NCBI GenBank assembly: GCA_036785375.1
Contig: JAWMAR010002018.1
Coordinates: 1-64,000 of the forward strand
Length of the DNA: 64,000 nucleotides
Reading direction: 5' to 3'
DNA from: Leucoraja ocellata
Taxonomy: Eukaryota
The notes under the pieces are model-generated. The model was not told the DNA's origin. It ran no database searches and saw only the letters and a list, made by a program, of their open reading frames with translations. Shown piece after piece: positions 10,879 to 24,220 of the stretch (position 1 is its first letter; every line of letters begins with the position of its first letter). The position numbers and the translations under genes were made by a program.

Positions 10879-12159
10879 GTAAGCCAAACATGAAAACATT
10901 GTTTTCTATTTATTTTATGGTATGATCTATAGATAAAGAGTCCATGAACATCCCAAAATAATTCTCCCAAACTGCTGGAAAAATATGAGATGATAAAATA
11001 ACTTTATTTTAAAGTGTTTGAAGGATAATTATTTGCCCAGGTCACCAGGGAATATAACTCATGGACATTTTAATGGCCACCTAAGGGGCAGTTTCAACTT
11101 GGGTCTGGGATAAATGATGGAGAGGAACTTCCATTATCACTTGTTGAGTTTTTCCTGTCCTCACCTCTTCCAGCTTGGAGAACGGTCCCGACTGGGAAAA
11201 GTTACCTATCCATGTTCTCTGAGATGCTGTCTAATTCCCTGTGTCACTCCAGCACTTTGAGCCAGTGTGAGTGATGAGCTGAATGGAGAACTACCTATGT
11301 TACGGGGATTTCAATGCATTTGCAGCATAAAACAATAGGCTCTGCTAATACTCCATATGAATACTCAGCACTTAGTATCATCAGGGTGTGTGGGACTAGG
11401 TACCATGTGGATCTTTATCTCTAGGCAGAGCCCCCAGCAATAGACTCGGTGATGATTGCAGGGTGGTGGGGGGGGGATGAAATTAACCACAAATGAGCAG
11501 TGCCGGCGTATTACATATTACGTATTTTGAAGGCAAGCCTACAATTAAACTGGGTGTTACTGGATCAGCTCCTGCCGCTGGGTGAAATAGCTCAGGGTGT
11601 GCGTCTTTTTGGGGTGGGGGGTGGGAGAGTGTTTGAGGTTTACATGAGACTAAAATAATGGAAAGGGGTTTGTTTTCTGTAAGTGTGTAAACGGAAGACC
11701 AGGTGGCCTCTCTGGAGAGGGAAATGGTTCACATTCTAGTCTGGTTCCTATAAAGATAAGTTAGTAAACCGTCACATTGTAAGTTGCAGAGAAGGGTGTG
11801 GGGTGGAGATAGTAAAGGGAATGTCTGATTGGGATTGTCTGTGCCTGAGACCAAGACTGATTAAATTACACAATGGTGGTGTTGTCAGCTGAGAGGGGAT
11901 AATAAAGACAGTTGTTCTGTCTGGAGGAGATACAAGTAGAAGAATATGAATGAGAACAAAAAGAGGGAAGGAAAACAATGCTGGCACTGAAAGATACTGG
12001 CACTGCAGTTGCTGGAAATCTTAAATAATGCAGATATACTTAAAATTCAACATTTGTGGGGAGAGGGAGAGAGAACAATTACTGTTGGTGATTGTTCGAT
12101 GATAACTGTCCAGACCTCAAATCAAAAAAGTTGTTTATCTGAGTTGGTTGAGTTTCATG

Positions 12160-12880
12160 TATAGTTGTAGAATCACACAATGAAACGTGCTCTTCGGACC
12201 AACTCATCCATGCCGACCAAGTTGTTTAAATCCTACTTGCCTGTGCCATACCAATCCATGTATCTGTCCAAGTACTTTTATAAATGTTGTAACCACCTCA
12301 ACCACTTCCTTTGGCAGCATATTCCATGCACACACCACCCTCTGTGTGGAAAAAGTCATCTTTCATGTCCCTTCCAAATCTTATGCTTCCCACTAATTTG
12401 AATATGATCTGCAAAAGTTGCTAACCTTGCTACCTACATTCACATGCAAATCATTACCATTAATAATGAACAGCAGTGGTCCCAGCACTGATTCCCGTGG
12501 CACACAACTCTCTCCAATCCTCCAGTCTGAAAAACAATCCTATACCACCACCTTCTGTCTCTGCCTTCAAGCCAGTGTTGTATCCAATTGGTTAGCTCAC
12601 CATGGATCCCAAGTAATCTAACCTTCCAGACATGCCTACCATATTGTACCCTGACAAAGGCCTTGCTAAATCCCATGTAGACAATGTCCTCATTAATCTT
12701 GTTAGTGAAAAAAACAATCAACTTTGTGAGATTATTTCCCTTGCGCACTTCCATGCTCACTATCCCTAATCAGTTCTTGTCTTTCCAAACACATGTAGAT
12801 CCTGCCTTTTCTGAATCCCCTCTAATAACCTGCTCACCAATGATGATGGGCTCATGTAGTTCCCAGGCCTTTCCATGAAT
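12160..12880 (-). mobile_element. Degenerate CR1 LINE fragments (RT region and 3' end)
   Basis: Minus-strand translation DIVYMGFSKAFVRVQYGR...LGIHGELTNWIQHWL is a CR1 RT-like motif. Confidence 0.75.
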
Positions 12881-14504
12881 ATTTCATGGATAGAATTTCT
12901 TCCCGAGTTTTGAACTAAAGGACTGTACGTGAACAACTGTTTCACCTTGGCGTATTGATTGGGTCATTGGATGATGTGTAAGAAAGCAAGAAATGGGCAG
13001 GAGTTGGCTCTTCTGTGGTTGTACAGAGTGTGTAATAAGAAAGGAAGTGCATGTTGGTGGAGATAGACAGAATGAAGCAGGGAGCGGTGGAAGGTATGTT
13101 CCCTCTGCAATGCTGAAAGGCAAGTAGCATTACATTGTAGGAGGCGGGAGACACAGAGGATGATCCGTGGAAGATGCTTTTCAAAGGGTAATTGTGCTAC
13201 ATAACTCCTTCAATCGACGATGGGGTGATATGCAATCATGCCACTCCAACTTCAGTGACACCTCACAGATACCTTTAATGCATTTCCTTTGTTCCCTTTA
13301 TCATGTACCTGTCCACTGTGGATGGCTCCATTGTAATCATGTGTTGTCCTTCTGCAGACTGGTTAGCACGCAACAAAAGCTTTTCACTGTACCTCGCTAC
13401 ACATTACACTAAATTCAAGCTCATTGGAGTACTTGTTGTGCTTTCAGAAACTCCACAGGGAAGGAGAGTTCTGGAGGTTAAAATATCCCGAAGGGGTTAA
13501 ATTATTGAAGAGATTCTTCCACCTTGAGAATCCACTTGATGCATTCAAGATTTATTTGGGGAAATAATGAAGGATTGAGGATGAACCTGTGCTCTCTATT
13601 TTCATTTCTCTATTTACTGAGGAATAGTATCTTTGGCACTGTTTTTGATCTAAATCTTTGTCTGTGGCCTAAAAATAGTTAACTAGAACGTGAAATTTCA
13701 TTCCATCTACGTACAAAATGCAGGCTGATGGGTCCCATGCTGGGCTCCATTTGGGAAACCAAAACTCCACCAGGCCCCCTTGGATAGAAGTTGAATGTAG
13801 CATTTTGACGACTGCCCTAGTAACCCGGACCAATGTTTACCCTTGGTTGAGATAATTTAACAAACCATATGAACTAATCATTGCTATTTGTGGAAGATGA
13901 TTATGCACAGCTGTGCTGTGTTTCCAATGCTATGAAATGCAACCACAGAATGCTTGGAGAACAATAAGTAACCTGAGTTAATATAATTATTACAATACTG
14001 TGATATGGTCCAAGGTGTTCTTCAGGAATGAGCTACTAAAATATTCCAAACATTCACAACCTACTGCAGGAAGAAGTTTCTTATTCCCTAATCCTAAATG
14101 TCAATCCCTTGTTCCACACCAGAGGAAGATGTCTCTTGATATTTCCCATCAACGACTCCAGGAAGGATCTTCTGGAACTCAGGGCCCAGGCAGATGAAGG
14201 ACTATCAGCCATGATCACATTGAATGGCGGTGCTGGCTCGAAAGGCCAAATGGCCTACTCCTGCACCTATTGTCTAATAGTACCAACGGTGGAACAATGG
14301 AAAATGTGCGCGTGCAAGGACAGAATTAGAAATCAGGGGTTAAAGACTATAGTTGGAGTAAAGGGTTGGAACTCGAGAAAGATACTGCAATAGGAACACA
14401 CTCTTCTTAAATTGGTGAGGATTTAATTGAATACCAGTGAGTTGGGTTTCTGTAGATGGAAGTCATCGTGCAGTTCACTGATAATCTGTGTTCATGTGTT
14501 GCAG

Positions 14505-14609
14505 AAAAAGCGGAAACGGATCGACAGAAGCATGATTGGTGAGCCCATGAACTTTGTACATTTGACACACGTTGGTTCAGGAGATATGGCAAGCCAAGGA
14601 TTTTCAAAG
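14505..14609 (+). CDS. CDC42SE1: CDC42SE1 coding exon 2, CRIB domain ([35 protein letters not shown])
   Basis: Near-identical to the CDC42SE1 CRIB ([12 protein letters not shown]). Acceptor TTGCAG, donor AAG|GTGAGA, 105 nt, phase 0-0. Confidence 0.97.
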
Positions 14610-14904
14610 GTGAGATGTGGTTCTGAAATGGCATGACGTCCCCCGTTTCATAAACTGATGCTCCCTGGATCAATTCATATGCACCAGATAACTTGACTGA
14701 AATGCATTCAAAGCCTTTAGAGAAATTAAATAAGAGTTACACTTCCCTTTAATTCACTGCAGTTCCAGTCCCAATCCAAATGAAATACAGGCTCACATCA
14801 CCAGTGCAGTACTGAGCAAGTGCTAATGTTGGACTTGCTGCGTGGTTTAAGTATCAAGGAATACGTAGTTTTTTATTTAGAGAAGCATGATTCAAATAAA
14901 CTGT

Positions 14905-15160
14905 CAGCATGGTTCTATAAAAGGAAAATCATGTTTGACAAATACAATAGAACTCTTGAGGATTTAACAAACAGAGTTAATAGATAGGGACCAGTAGATG
15001 CATTGCTTTGATTTCCAGAAAGCTTTAAATTAAGTGCCACATAAACAGTGGTTGTACACGATAACAGCTCATGGATAAACACACAGCTGGAGTAACTCAG
15101 CAAGTCAAGCAGCATCTCTGGAGAAAAGGAGTAGGTGACATTTCAGGCGAGAACTCTTCA
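14905..15160. mobile_element. CR1 RT fragment (+) followed by a Penelope-terminus insert (-)
   Basis: CAGCATGGTT...GGAAAATCATGTTTGACAAA (QHG...GKSCLTN). Then CTGGAGTAACTCAGC...GGTGACATTTCAGGCGAGAACTCTTCAG. Confidence 0.65.
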
Positions 15161-16429
15161 GTTTGTGTTATTGGTGAAGCATGTTAATTTGAATTGAAGA
15201 CATGAGAGATGGAGAACACCAGAACAGTTTGAAATAAGTGCAAAAGGAGGCCACCCTGAAGCCTGCCAGCCCTGCCACTCGATGTTATCATGGCTAATCA
15301 GGCCTGCTGTTTCAAAAGTTACAAATAATTCACAATCTATTACTATTAGTTGCCAATTTGCTTGTTTCACTGCATCGTAGTCCCTCAGTTGTTAAGTTGT
15401 AATTTCATTTTCCATTCCACAGACAAATTCTAAGCCTACCTTAAGAATTGATGCATTGTCATTTGCCATTTTATTAAAAAAGATTGATAGATGTTCCCAA
15501 ACCCCGCATTAATTGGCACAGTTGAGTTTCCCTGTGTCATACATCATATTATCCCTCAACTTCGCAAACAGATTAAGTAGCAATTTATTTCTGATGTGTG
15601 AGCTTACAATGCCCCCAAACTACTACATTTCTACAAGGCTACACTTTAAATATCCTACATTGTAACTGAAATCCATTGAGCGGCCTGACATCATGTATTA
15701 ATGCAACCTCTATATCTTTGAAGTGATTGTCTCTAATTGTTCTGCTAGTGATTGACATGTAGCAAGAATGAATCCATTATTATGAGCAAAGGCATCTACC
15801 AGCCAACCAATTAATACTCAATAATAGATGATGTATTTTCTGAACCTTAATTAAACCAGACAACTTTCTGCTTTGATACAATAACTGGTCTGCATGAAGT
15901 TTGGGGTACTGTTAGACATTGTTAAGACAGATTGCAAAAGTTGAAATTTGGGGGGAGAGGTAGATTTAGATAAAATTGAGTGTTTACACAGCGAAATGGT
16001 AGTTGGAATGAAGAAACATTCAAAACTCATTATAATCTGCAGCAAGGGTTTGTGCATTCTGTGGTTGGAGTTGTTAAATTAAATTACATGACTAAATGTC
16101 AGATGAGGTTGGGACAGATTTGGAAATGATCAGTACACATGCTTTGGATTGAAGCTCCTTCCATGATGGGTGTGGCAATAGCCAGATACTGTCAGTTATA
16201 TTGGCACATACACTGCTGCTCTTGACACATGGGTGTAATGGCAGCCAGATGTAGGCTGGATGACGGTAGAAGGGAGGAAGTTATGACATTTTTTAAAAGC
16301 CTTTGCATAGATAAAAGCAAGATTGTGTAATTTCATCAGAAATATACCTTATCTGGTGCATGAAATTTGCATGAAGGAAAAGTTAATAGCTATTATTAAC
16401 AATGTTATGCCAGTGATTTCCAGAGAGCA

Positions 16430-17060
16430 TGGATAGATTTTGAGAGATGAGGCATCATGGTGTTTTAGGGTGAGATCCTCCTATTTATTGAGATGAGGCA
16501 CTTTGATAAAGGGTGCATAAAAATGTATTGCAAATAATGAGAAATAATGTACTGGTGTGGATAGAAGATTGAGTGAAACATGAGACATAAATAGATCTTG
16601 TTCTGATTGGCAATGTGCAATGCATTGTACCACAGGGACCAGTGTTGCGGACTCAACATTTTTCAGTTCATATCAATGATGAATACACTAAAGTTATGGT
16701 TTTCTAACTTCACTGGTGACACAAAAGTAGATGGGAAACCAAATTGTGAGAAGGTCTAAAGAGGCAACAGTGATTAGTGAAGATATAATGTGGAAATATT
16801 GGCAGAAAAATACAATGAAATGAGCTAAATCATAAGTAATTACAAAGGGATCGTGGTATCCCAATACATAATTTACAAAACGTTAATATCTAGGTACAAC
16901 AAATAATTAGCAGAGATAACAATGTTGTCGCTTACTTGAGGATTTGGATGCTAAGGTGGGTGTGCCTGGGTGGGAGGTTTATACTGAGTTATACTGGCTA
17001 TTCTTGAGACTACATCCTCTATGTACAGTCCTTAGTTATGGAAGGATGCTCATGCATTGA
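16430..17060 (+). mobile_element. Old CR1 RT fragment
   Basis: GTACCACAGGGACCAGTGTTG (VPQG-VL) and TTCACTGGTGACACAAAA (F-DDTK-like) with many stops. Confidence 0.6.
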
Positions 17061-17679
17061 AAGCAATTGTAAGGACCTGAGAAATGGGAACAGCAGCAGC
17101 AGCAGGCTATCTGGTCCTTAGAGTCTGCTTTACTATTCATTTCAATCATTGCCATTTTCTCAGAAATATTCGGAAATCAAGTTAAATATATTTGGAATGA
17201 ATACATGATTGATCCTGCAGAGCCACCTGGGTTATAAAATTCTGAAAAATGCACATGATATGCCAGCTGTCCTGCACAAAGTGTTGTACAATTGCAATAA
17301 GAATTTGTCATTCTTGTATTCAGCTCTCCTTGTACTTGTTACACCTGCATATTGGCCATTAACAACTTGTGTTCAGGCACACTGCCGCTCCTTATGGATG
17401 GTTGACAGGGAACGACAATCCATTTCTTGTCCATGGAAATAGCTGTTTGAGAGCACATAACATTGCCAAAGTGTTATCTGGTTGTCTAGTTTTTCAGTTG
17501 ATGTAATTTTGTTATGTCCAATTTGGCTGCTGCTCATCCTTGCGACATAACTGCATTTCCCTTGTTTGTGAATTGATTTGAAAGGTGCAAATAAATGAGA
17601 GGTGCTTGTTGTGCTCTGATATTTGGTCCTGATGATGCAGGAGAATTTGTTTTCACTTTTATTTTATTTTTCTCTGCAG

Positions 17680-17757
17680 TCGGGATCTGTTCAGGAACGG
17701 ATGAAGTCCAAAAGTGGACTAGTCACAAATTCTGCTACCGACACAAAACGACCGTAG
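17680..17757 (+). CDS. CDC42SE1: CDC42SE1 coding exon 3 (SGSVQERMKSKSGLVTNSATDTKRP*)
   Basis: Long pyrimidine tract plus CAG acceptor. VQERMKSK matches human VQEQMRSK. The TAG stop gives a 78-aa protein. Donor AA|GTAAGT at 17783/17784 lies 26 nt after the stop. Confidence 0.93.
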   Translation, partial: SGSVQERMKSKSGLVTNSATDTKRP

Positions 17758-18180
17758 CAAAGTCCAAGGTGTCATTGCGGCAAGTAAGTCTAATGCTTAG
17801 ACCTCAGAGCTTGGAGACAAACTGTTGGTCACAATATTCACTACAATTCAAAGGTACTGCATTTGCTGGCAACTGCTTTGGAAAGCATTGAAGGTGTATT
17901 GTGGAGAAAGTCTTGATGAAATATAAAATATATTAAACCTTTCAACTAGGGTAGAGTTATAGTTGAACTAACAGTCATAAACACAAGCCATGAAAATCAA
18001 TTTTGAATATACAAGGCATACAATTGATTACCAAGCTAGAAAACCAGATACTGAGGTGAATATGAGTGGGAGAGTTAGAATATTGGAGGTACAAGATTCA
18101 TTGAGGGAGGGATACTTGAGATCAGAGCTTCAATTAGGCACTTTCTAATAGTGGCATAGATTCGTACAGTACAGAAACAG

Positions 18181-18396
18181 AAGATAAACACAAAATGCTG
18201 GAGTAACTCAGCGGGACAGGCAGCGCCTTTGGAGAGAAGGAACGGGTGACATTTCGGGTCGAGACCCATCTTCTGAAGAAGGGTATTAACCTGAAATGTC
18301 ACCCATTCCTTCTCTCCAGCGATGTTGCCTGTCCTGCTGAGTTACTCCAGCTTTTTGTGTCTACAGTTGAAACCAGCAACTGCACTTCCTTCCTAC
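18181..18396. mobile_element. Compact fold-back Penelope-terminus element with a 15-bp TSD
   Basis: Inverted arms meet at TCTTCTGAAGAA. Flanked by ACAGTACAGAAACAG (18166-18180) and ACAGCACAGAAACAG (18397-18411). Confidence 0.85.
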
Positions 18397-18597
18397 ACAG
18401 CACAGAAACAGGCCGTTTGGTCCACCAAGTCCACGCTAACCATCACACTTGCCTTATACTAGTCCTTCTTATCCACTTTTGGCCCATAGTTTGCTTATTT
18501 TGTCAATTCAAATGTTTGTCTAGATGCTTAAGTGTTGAAAGAGTATCTTATTTCCCCCCTCAGAAAGAGTGTTTAGTTTTTTTAAAGTTTAGAAATA

Positions 18598-18750
18598 CCC
18601 TGTACATCTTCGGACTGTGGGAGGAAACCGAAGCTCGGAGAAAACCCACGCAGATCACGGGGAGACCGTACAAACTCCGTACAGACAAGCAGCTGTAGTC
18701 GGGATCGAACCCGGGTCTCTGATGCTGTAAGGCGGCAACTCCGTGCAGCC
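18598..18750 (-). mobile_element. tRNA-derived SINE (HE1/V-SINE type)
   Basis: Minus-strand B box GGTTCGATCCC. Body GTGGGAGGAAACCG...GAGAAAACCCACGCAG is shared with the copies at 39585, 49270 and 57060. Confidence 0.8.
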
Positions 18751-19079
18751 CTGGCTTTTACAGGGAAATTGTCAAGTATTATAACACGTTAAGTTAGGTT
18801 TGGAGTTGAGGCAGGTTATTTAAAAGGCCTTTGGACAGGTACAAGGATAAGAAAGGCTTAGAGGGATATGGGCCAAATACTGGCAAATGGAATAACCTTA
18901 GATGGGGCATCTTGGTTGTCATAGTCGAGCTGGGCTGAAGGGCCATTTTCTGTGCTGTATGAGTCGATGTAATCCTCTGAATAGAAACTTGAGCTGTAGT
19001 TTTTGAGAGCTGCCTAATGTTAAAATTTTACTTGGACCTAAAGAGCTTTGATTAATGCAGTATTGAATATGTGGGCAGA

Positions 19080-19598
19080 GAAAATCATAAGGAGTTTTTC
19101 AAAGCTAAAAAATGGTAAATTCTTGAGTGGCCAAGTCAGTCACCTGATCTGAACCCAATAGAGCATTTTATATGATGAAGAAAAAACTGAAGGGGACTAG
19201 CCCCAAAACAAGCATAAACTAAAGATGGCTACAATACAGGCCTAGCAGAGTATCACCAGAGTAGACACCCAGCAACTGGTGATGTCCATAAATCGCAGAC
19301 TTCAAGCAGTCATTGCATGCAAAGGATATGCAACAAAATACTAAACATGACTACTTTCATTTACATGACATTGCTTGTGTCCCAAACATTATGGTGCCCT
19401 GAAATGGGGGGACTATGTATAAACACTTTGTAATTTCTACATGGTGAAACTAAAATGTATATAAATGGCCTTTATTAAAATCTGACAATGTGCATTTTAA
19501 CCACGTGATTTTTTTTTTCTATTACAAATCTCAAATTGTGGAGTAGAGGCAAATAAATAAATGATGGGTCTTTTTCCCAAACATTATTGAGGGCACTG
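19080..19598 (+). mobile_element. Tc1/mariner transposon 3' fragment (transposase C-terminus plus right TIR)
   Basis: Encodes ILEWPSQSPDLNPIEH (Tc1 signature) at about 19119-19166. Repeated CCCAAACATTAT sub-terminal motifs. Ends in ...GGGCACTG followed by TA. Confidence 0.88.
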
Positions 19599-20144
19599 TA
19601 CATATTTGGATGTCAGATGTGGATAGATCCAACTGGTGGTAATGGCCACTTCCATGTTGATAAATGCTCATGGATGAGCTAATGCAGAAATGATGGAATA
19701 TGCATTGTTAGCATGCAGGCTGGTGTCCTGCTCCACGCGAGTCTCCATCCACCCCTGCATCATCTCCTTATGAGTTTCCTCCCACCCTAGCCTCCTACTA
19801 TCTACTCTCTCGTGTCCATGGGTCATAAGTTCTAGGAGCAGAATGAGTCTACTCTGCCTCATAGCTGATCTATCTCTCCCTCCTAACCCCATTCTACTGC
19901 CATCTCTCCGTAAAAGGTATTATGAAATATTTTTGCCTTAGCCCCTTGAGATGACTTCCACATATTCCACATACTTCTCTCTGGAGATGGAATTATCCCC
20001 AGAATGTCCAGTAAAATTTATGTTTATTAAATATATTGATAGAAAATATCTCCAATATTGAAGTTTGTATATGTTGATCTGAGTTGAACTTGGTGCTGAC
20101 ATGCTAAAAGTCTAAATGGCTTTTTCCAATCATTAATTTTCCAG

Positions 20145-23100
20145 GTAATGACCTGCTAATGGATCGAGATGAACTTCCTTGACTGCTCCTAGAACTTATG
20201 ACCTCTTACAAGAAGTTGCCTTCTGATGGTTTGGACTAATTTATACTTGGGACATCTGTTCTTCATCCTGCTCAAGAAATCAGCACTGATGGTTCTTTGT
20301 CCTTTTGAACTTAAATGCTACAATTTTCTAAACAAGGAAGGGACATTGATCTGCTGAATCTCTTCGAATGCTTTCCAGAAATTTTCTAAATCTGTTTCTT
20401 TATATTTCTCCTTGGACTCCAGGTCATGTTGCTAGATATGCTGTATATTGAAAGTGTAAAACAGTATTTTGTTGGATGATTTTTGCCTGAGGATGGAGAG
20501 AGTTTCTGCTGCTTAAAGTAAATACTAACTAAATTGGGATAGTGGTATTGTTGGTGAAGTTGGGTGGGTGGGGGGGTACATTGAACCAATTTAATAATTG
20601 ACAACTTGCTTACATTTGGAAACTTCTGGAAATTTTCCCATTGGAAAAACAGATGGCTCCCAATGATATCCTCGTCACTCTGATGCAAATTCGACCAAAT
20701 TAAGCAGAAGGATCTTGCTAACTGCAATTTCTCCACAGAGAAATTTCTCAAACTATCAGCTTTGCATTATGACTCCAGTATCTGTCACAAGTTCCTAATG
20801 GGGGAAAAAAAGCTAAGTGTTCCTTATATTTCTAGTTTTCAAGAGAACATCTACTGGTGCTTTTTGCATACAAGCACTTTGCGCTTTCAAAGCTGAGGTG
20901 GAGGGAGGAAGAAATATAGTTAGATTTTCAGCATTCAGATTTGCACTTTTCTGGTGGTGTGGAAAGCGCACCACAATCACATCTAGTTTCCATGACGGTC
21001 AGATTTATTGCAGAGCAAAGATGCTGATCTTGGCCAAAGTTAGCCTCGGGACATCTCCCTTCAGGATGAACGAGGAAGAAAGAAATCCAGTTCTGATTGC
21101 TATGGAGGGGGGATGAAGTAAGAACTGCTTATCTACTAACGATCTTGAACAGTGAATGTCCTGATATGATAGCTTCTGTGTTGTCTTGCATGTAAAATGA
21201 TTGTTGGGTAAAAGTCACAAGTTGCAAGCATATGTGTTTTCAGTCAATCAATTTCACAGGGCATCAAACAATTCTTCACATGTGGTTGGACATTTTGGCA
21301 AGAGTGATTTGCATACATTTGTACAATAATGTCTAATGCAGATCAGCAATAGTTTTTTTTGCAACATGACCATATTTCCCTTTCCCATTTAATATAGCGC
21401 ACACCTGTGTATGTATTGCACAGTTACAATGCAGGCTTAGGCCAAAGACTATTGGTCAAACCATGGCACTTTCTGAAAACATGTTCATTATCCACTTTTC
21501 TCATCCATGATTAACTACAGGGCATTTTCTATTGGTTTACAAAGCATTTTTTCTCACCTTATAGAACCTCCCAATTGATATTCTGCTAGTAATCCACCAT
21601 TTTAGCAATTAATACATGGGAATTAATTTTAATAAGAAATATTTTGCATTATTTTCACATGAAATCCTCATGAACTGTTGTTTCCTTTGGTTCCAGTGCA
21701 GTTCCTATCAATTGGAGTTCTTGATTTATTTGTGCAATGCTTGACAAACTCTTTGATCTGTGTCTCACAGCCCAACAGGTTTGCAGAAACTGGGATAAAC
21801 TGATTTAATAAATAGGATTTGCAATCAATTAAGCAGCCCAACTGATCCATCCTGATCTTTGTGCTCTTTATCAGTTTTTTTTCTCACCCTAATCTAATCA
21901 ATTTATTCTGTTGGCAATTTCTTCTATTATTCTTCCTCCTGCATTAATGAAAACTGTTTGCACATGCAAATTGCAGAGTAAGACTTTAAAGTCTTGAAAC
22001 CCACATCCCACCACTCCACCATCATCTCTTTGTACCAGAGAGCAATGTTATTTTCCAGTAACAGCATTCCAATCAGTAACTTGGTTAGAACAGTCCTACA
22101 TTTCAAACCCAATGTGGCAGAAAACAATTTTAGCATTTACTGTATTGATGAAACTTGTTTAAAATGCATATGATTGTTGGATTATAAATTGGGATGCTTC
22201 ATTCTGTCAAGAACTATAGAACTGTATGTTAGGAATGTTTCCAAGACTAACTGAAGAACCTTCATTTCTGGTTCAATCTGACCTCAAATCATTACCAGTA
22301 CATTTAAGGTGACCCTTATGTAATAGTCTTGTTTTTTTGTTACTGTCTCAATTAATGACACAAAATGGAGTATTGATTATGCAGCTTAAGTAGTAGCTAG
22401 CTAAATGTGCACCCCCACAGGACTGCTTTGCTACAGAATAGCTTCCCAAGTTATTTTAACCCTAGTACTGTAATCATGAATGTTGGATGTGTTCTGTTTC
22501 TGAACTATATGCTTACTCTCTTCCTCATACATTCTCATGGTGTTGAAAAATAGATTTGGCTTGTTTCCAGGTGAACATCAAACTCCAGGGTTATTTGTAT
22601 CAAATTTATTAGGTCTAAAATGATGAAAAAATTACAGTTTGAGAAAATTAAATCTATCTCTGTGCCAGAACTAATTGATAGATAAATGAGCCGTGACCAC
22701 AGTTAATGAGTTTGGCGATACCCAAAGATGTTGTGCGATTGATGGTTGTTCAACCACACATTTTATGATTAAAAGAGTTTGCAAAATATCTCAATCTGTT
22801 CAAGATCACAAGATAAAGTTATTCAACCCATCTTGATCAATTGTGGAATCCAACCATCCTGTACATTAGGTCACAATATTTCCTGCTACTGGAGAAGGCC
22901 TTGCTATGCACTTACAAGTAAGCATATTGTATCACTATTCCTGCTATTATCAGGATCCCAGCCACCTGCTACTTTACTGGAATTGAAGTACAAAAACATG
23001 CTAGTTCTGTGCAGATGAGATTGAGTTGCCAATGTGGGGTTGGTCCTTTGAAATCTCCATTTTGCACTGCATGCTGAGTAGATTGGCTACTGTTGGTAAT

Positions 23101-24220
23101 AAAGGCTGATTACTCTTTGGATAGACTCTGCCTTTGTCATATAGTGCTGAATGGTATCTGTGCAATTCGGCAAGGGTGAGTGCTGACTTTGTCCCTGATC
23201 TCTTTTCACTGGTGTACATGGAAAGAGCACGCTATTTGTATTTTTTTTAATGTACATTTTGTAATATTTTGTTTCACCAAGTTTCTGGTTCCTGGCAGTT
23301 GATCTTTCCAGGAATTGGGCTGCCCTCCTGTGGACACTCAGGCATGTGTTTTGCCCTAAGGAGGAGAGGGAGTTGGATTGAGCTAAACCAAGTCCTATTT
23401 CTCAATCACTGCCTCGCCCAAACACTCGTCAGGAATCATTGGATAATGATCAGAAAGACCAGTGATCTGGCTCTCTTTTTGATTTTCCTTCAAGATGTGC
23501 CAAGTTAGCTCCCTTGCAATCATCCCTGACTGTTTTAACACAAACTGGAAATGTAACCTGGGTCAGTTACAGGCTATTTTTCTCCCAATGAATCACCAAG
23601 GAGAAGCTGTCCGCCTATTACTTAAATGGAAAACCTGGTCTACGCACTTCCTTATGCTGGGGAAACTGGCAGATACTCAAATAATGGGACAAAGTACTGA
23701 AGCTACCTAAACCAAACTGTTGGGAGGTGGGCTAGTTTGGACTATATTCTAATGATACTGGCTTTACTATTTTGACCAACTAAAACAATTATGTCACTTC
23801 TCAAAGTTTGTATGTTGTTGACAGCTGGGCTGCTCAAATTAAAAAACAAACAGCAAAATCATTTTTTTGTGTACACTGACAAATAGCTGGGCTATTTCTT
23901 GTCTGTGACTAGTAGTCTAATTTCTTGGCCCAATCATCAATGATAAAGCATAAGATATCAATGATACATTTTTATATATATGGTAATTGCCTAAATACAA
24001 AGGTCTCTTTAGTTTAGAACTGCCAACGGGATTGAATTCTACACTGTTATTGCTGATGCTATATAGATAGCAGGGAAATCTGATTGAAAAATTGCCTTTA
24101 AAAAGCTTGGCGTGTATGAAATAGCTGGTGTTCAACCGAATAATAGATTAATTACCGGATCACTTTAAGATGAAAGTGTAGAAAATGTCACTTGAAATAA
24201 ATGTTGATTATTTCTGAGCT
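20145..24220 (+). other. CDC42SE1: Probable CDC42SE1 terminal exon (long 3' UTR)
   Basis: Acceptor TTTTCCAG at 20144. About 4 kb of repeat-free AT-rich sequence with AATAAA at 24196-24201. The 3' end is uncertain. Confidence 0.55.
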
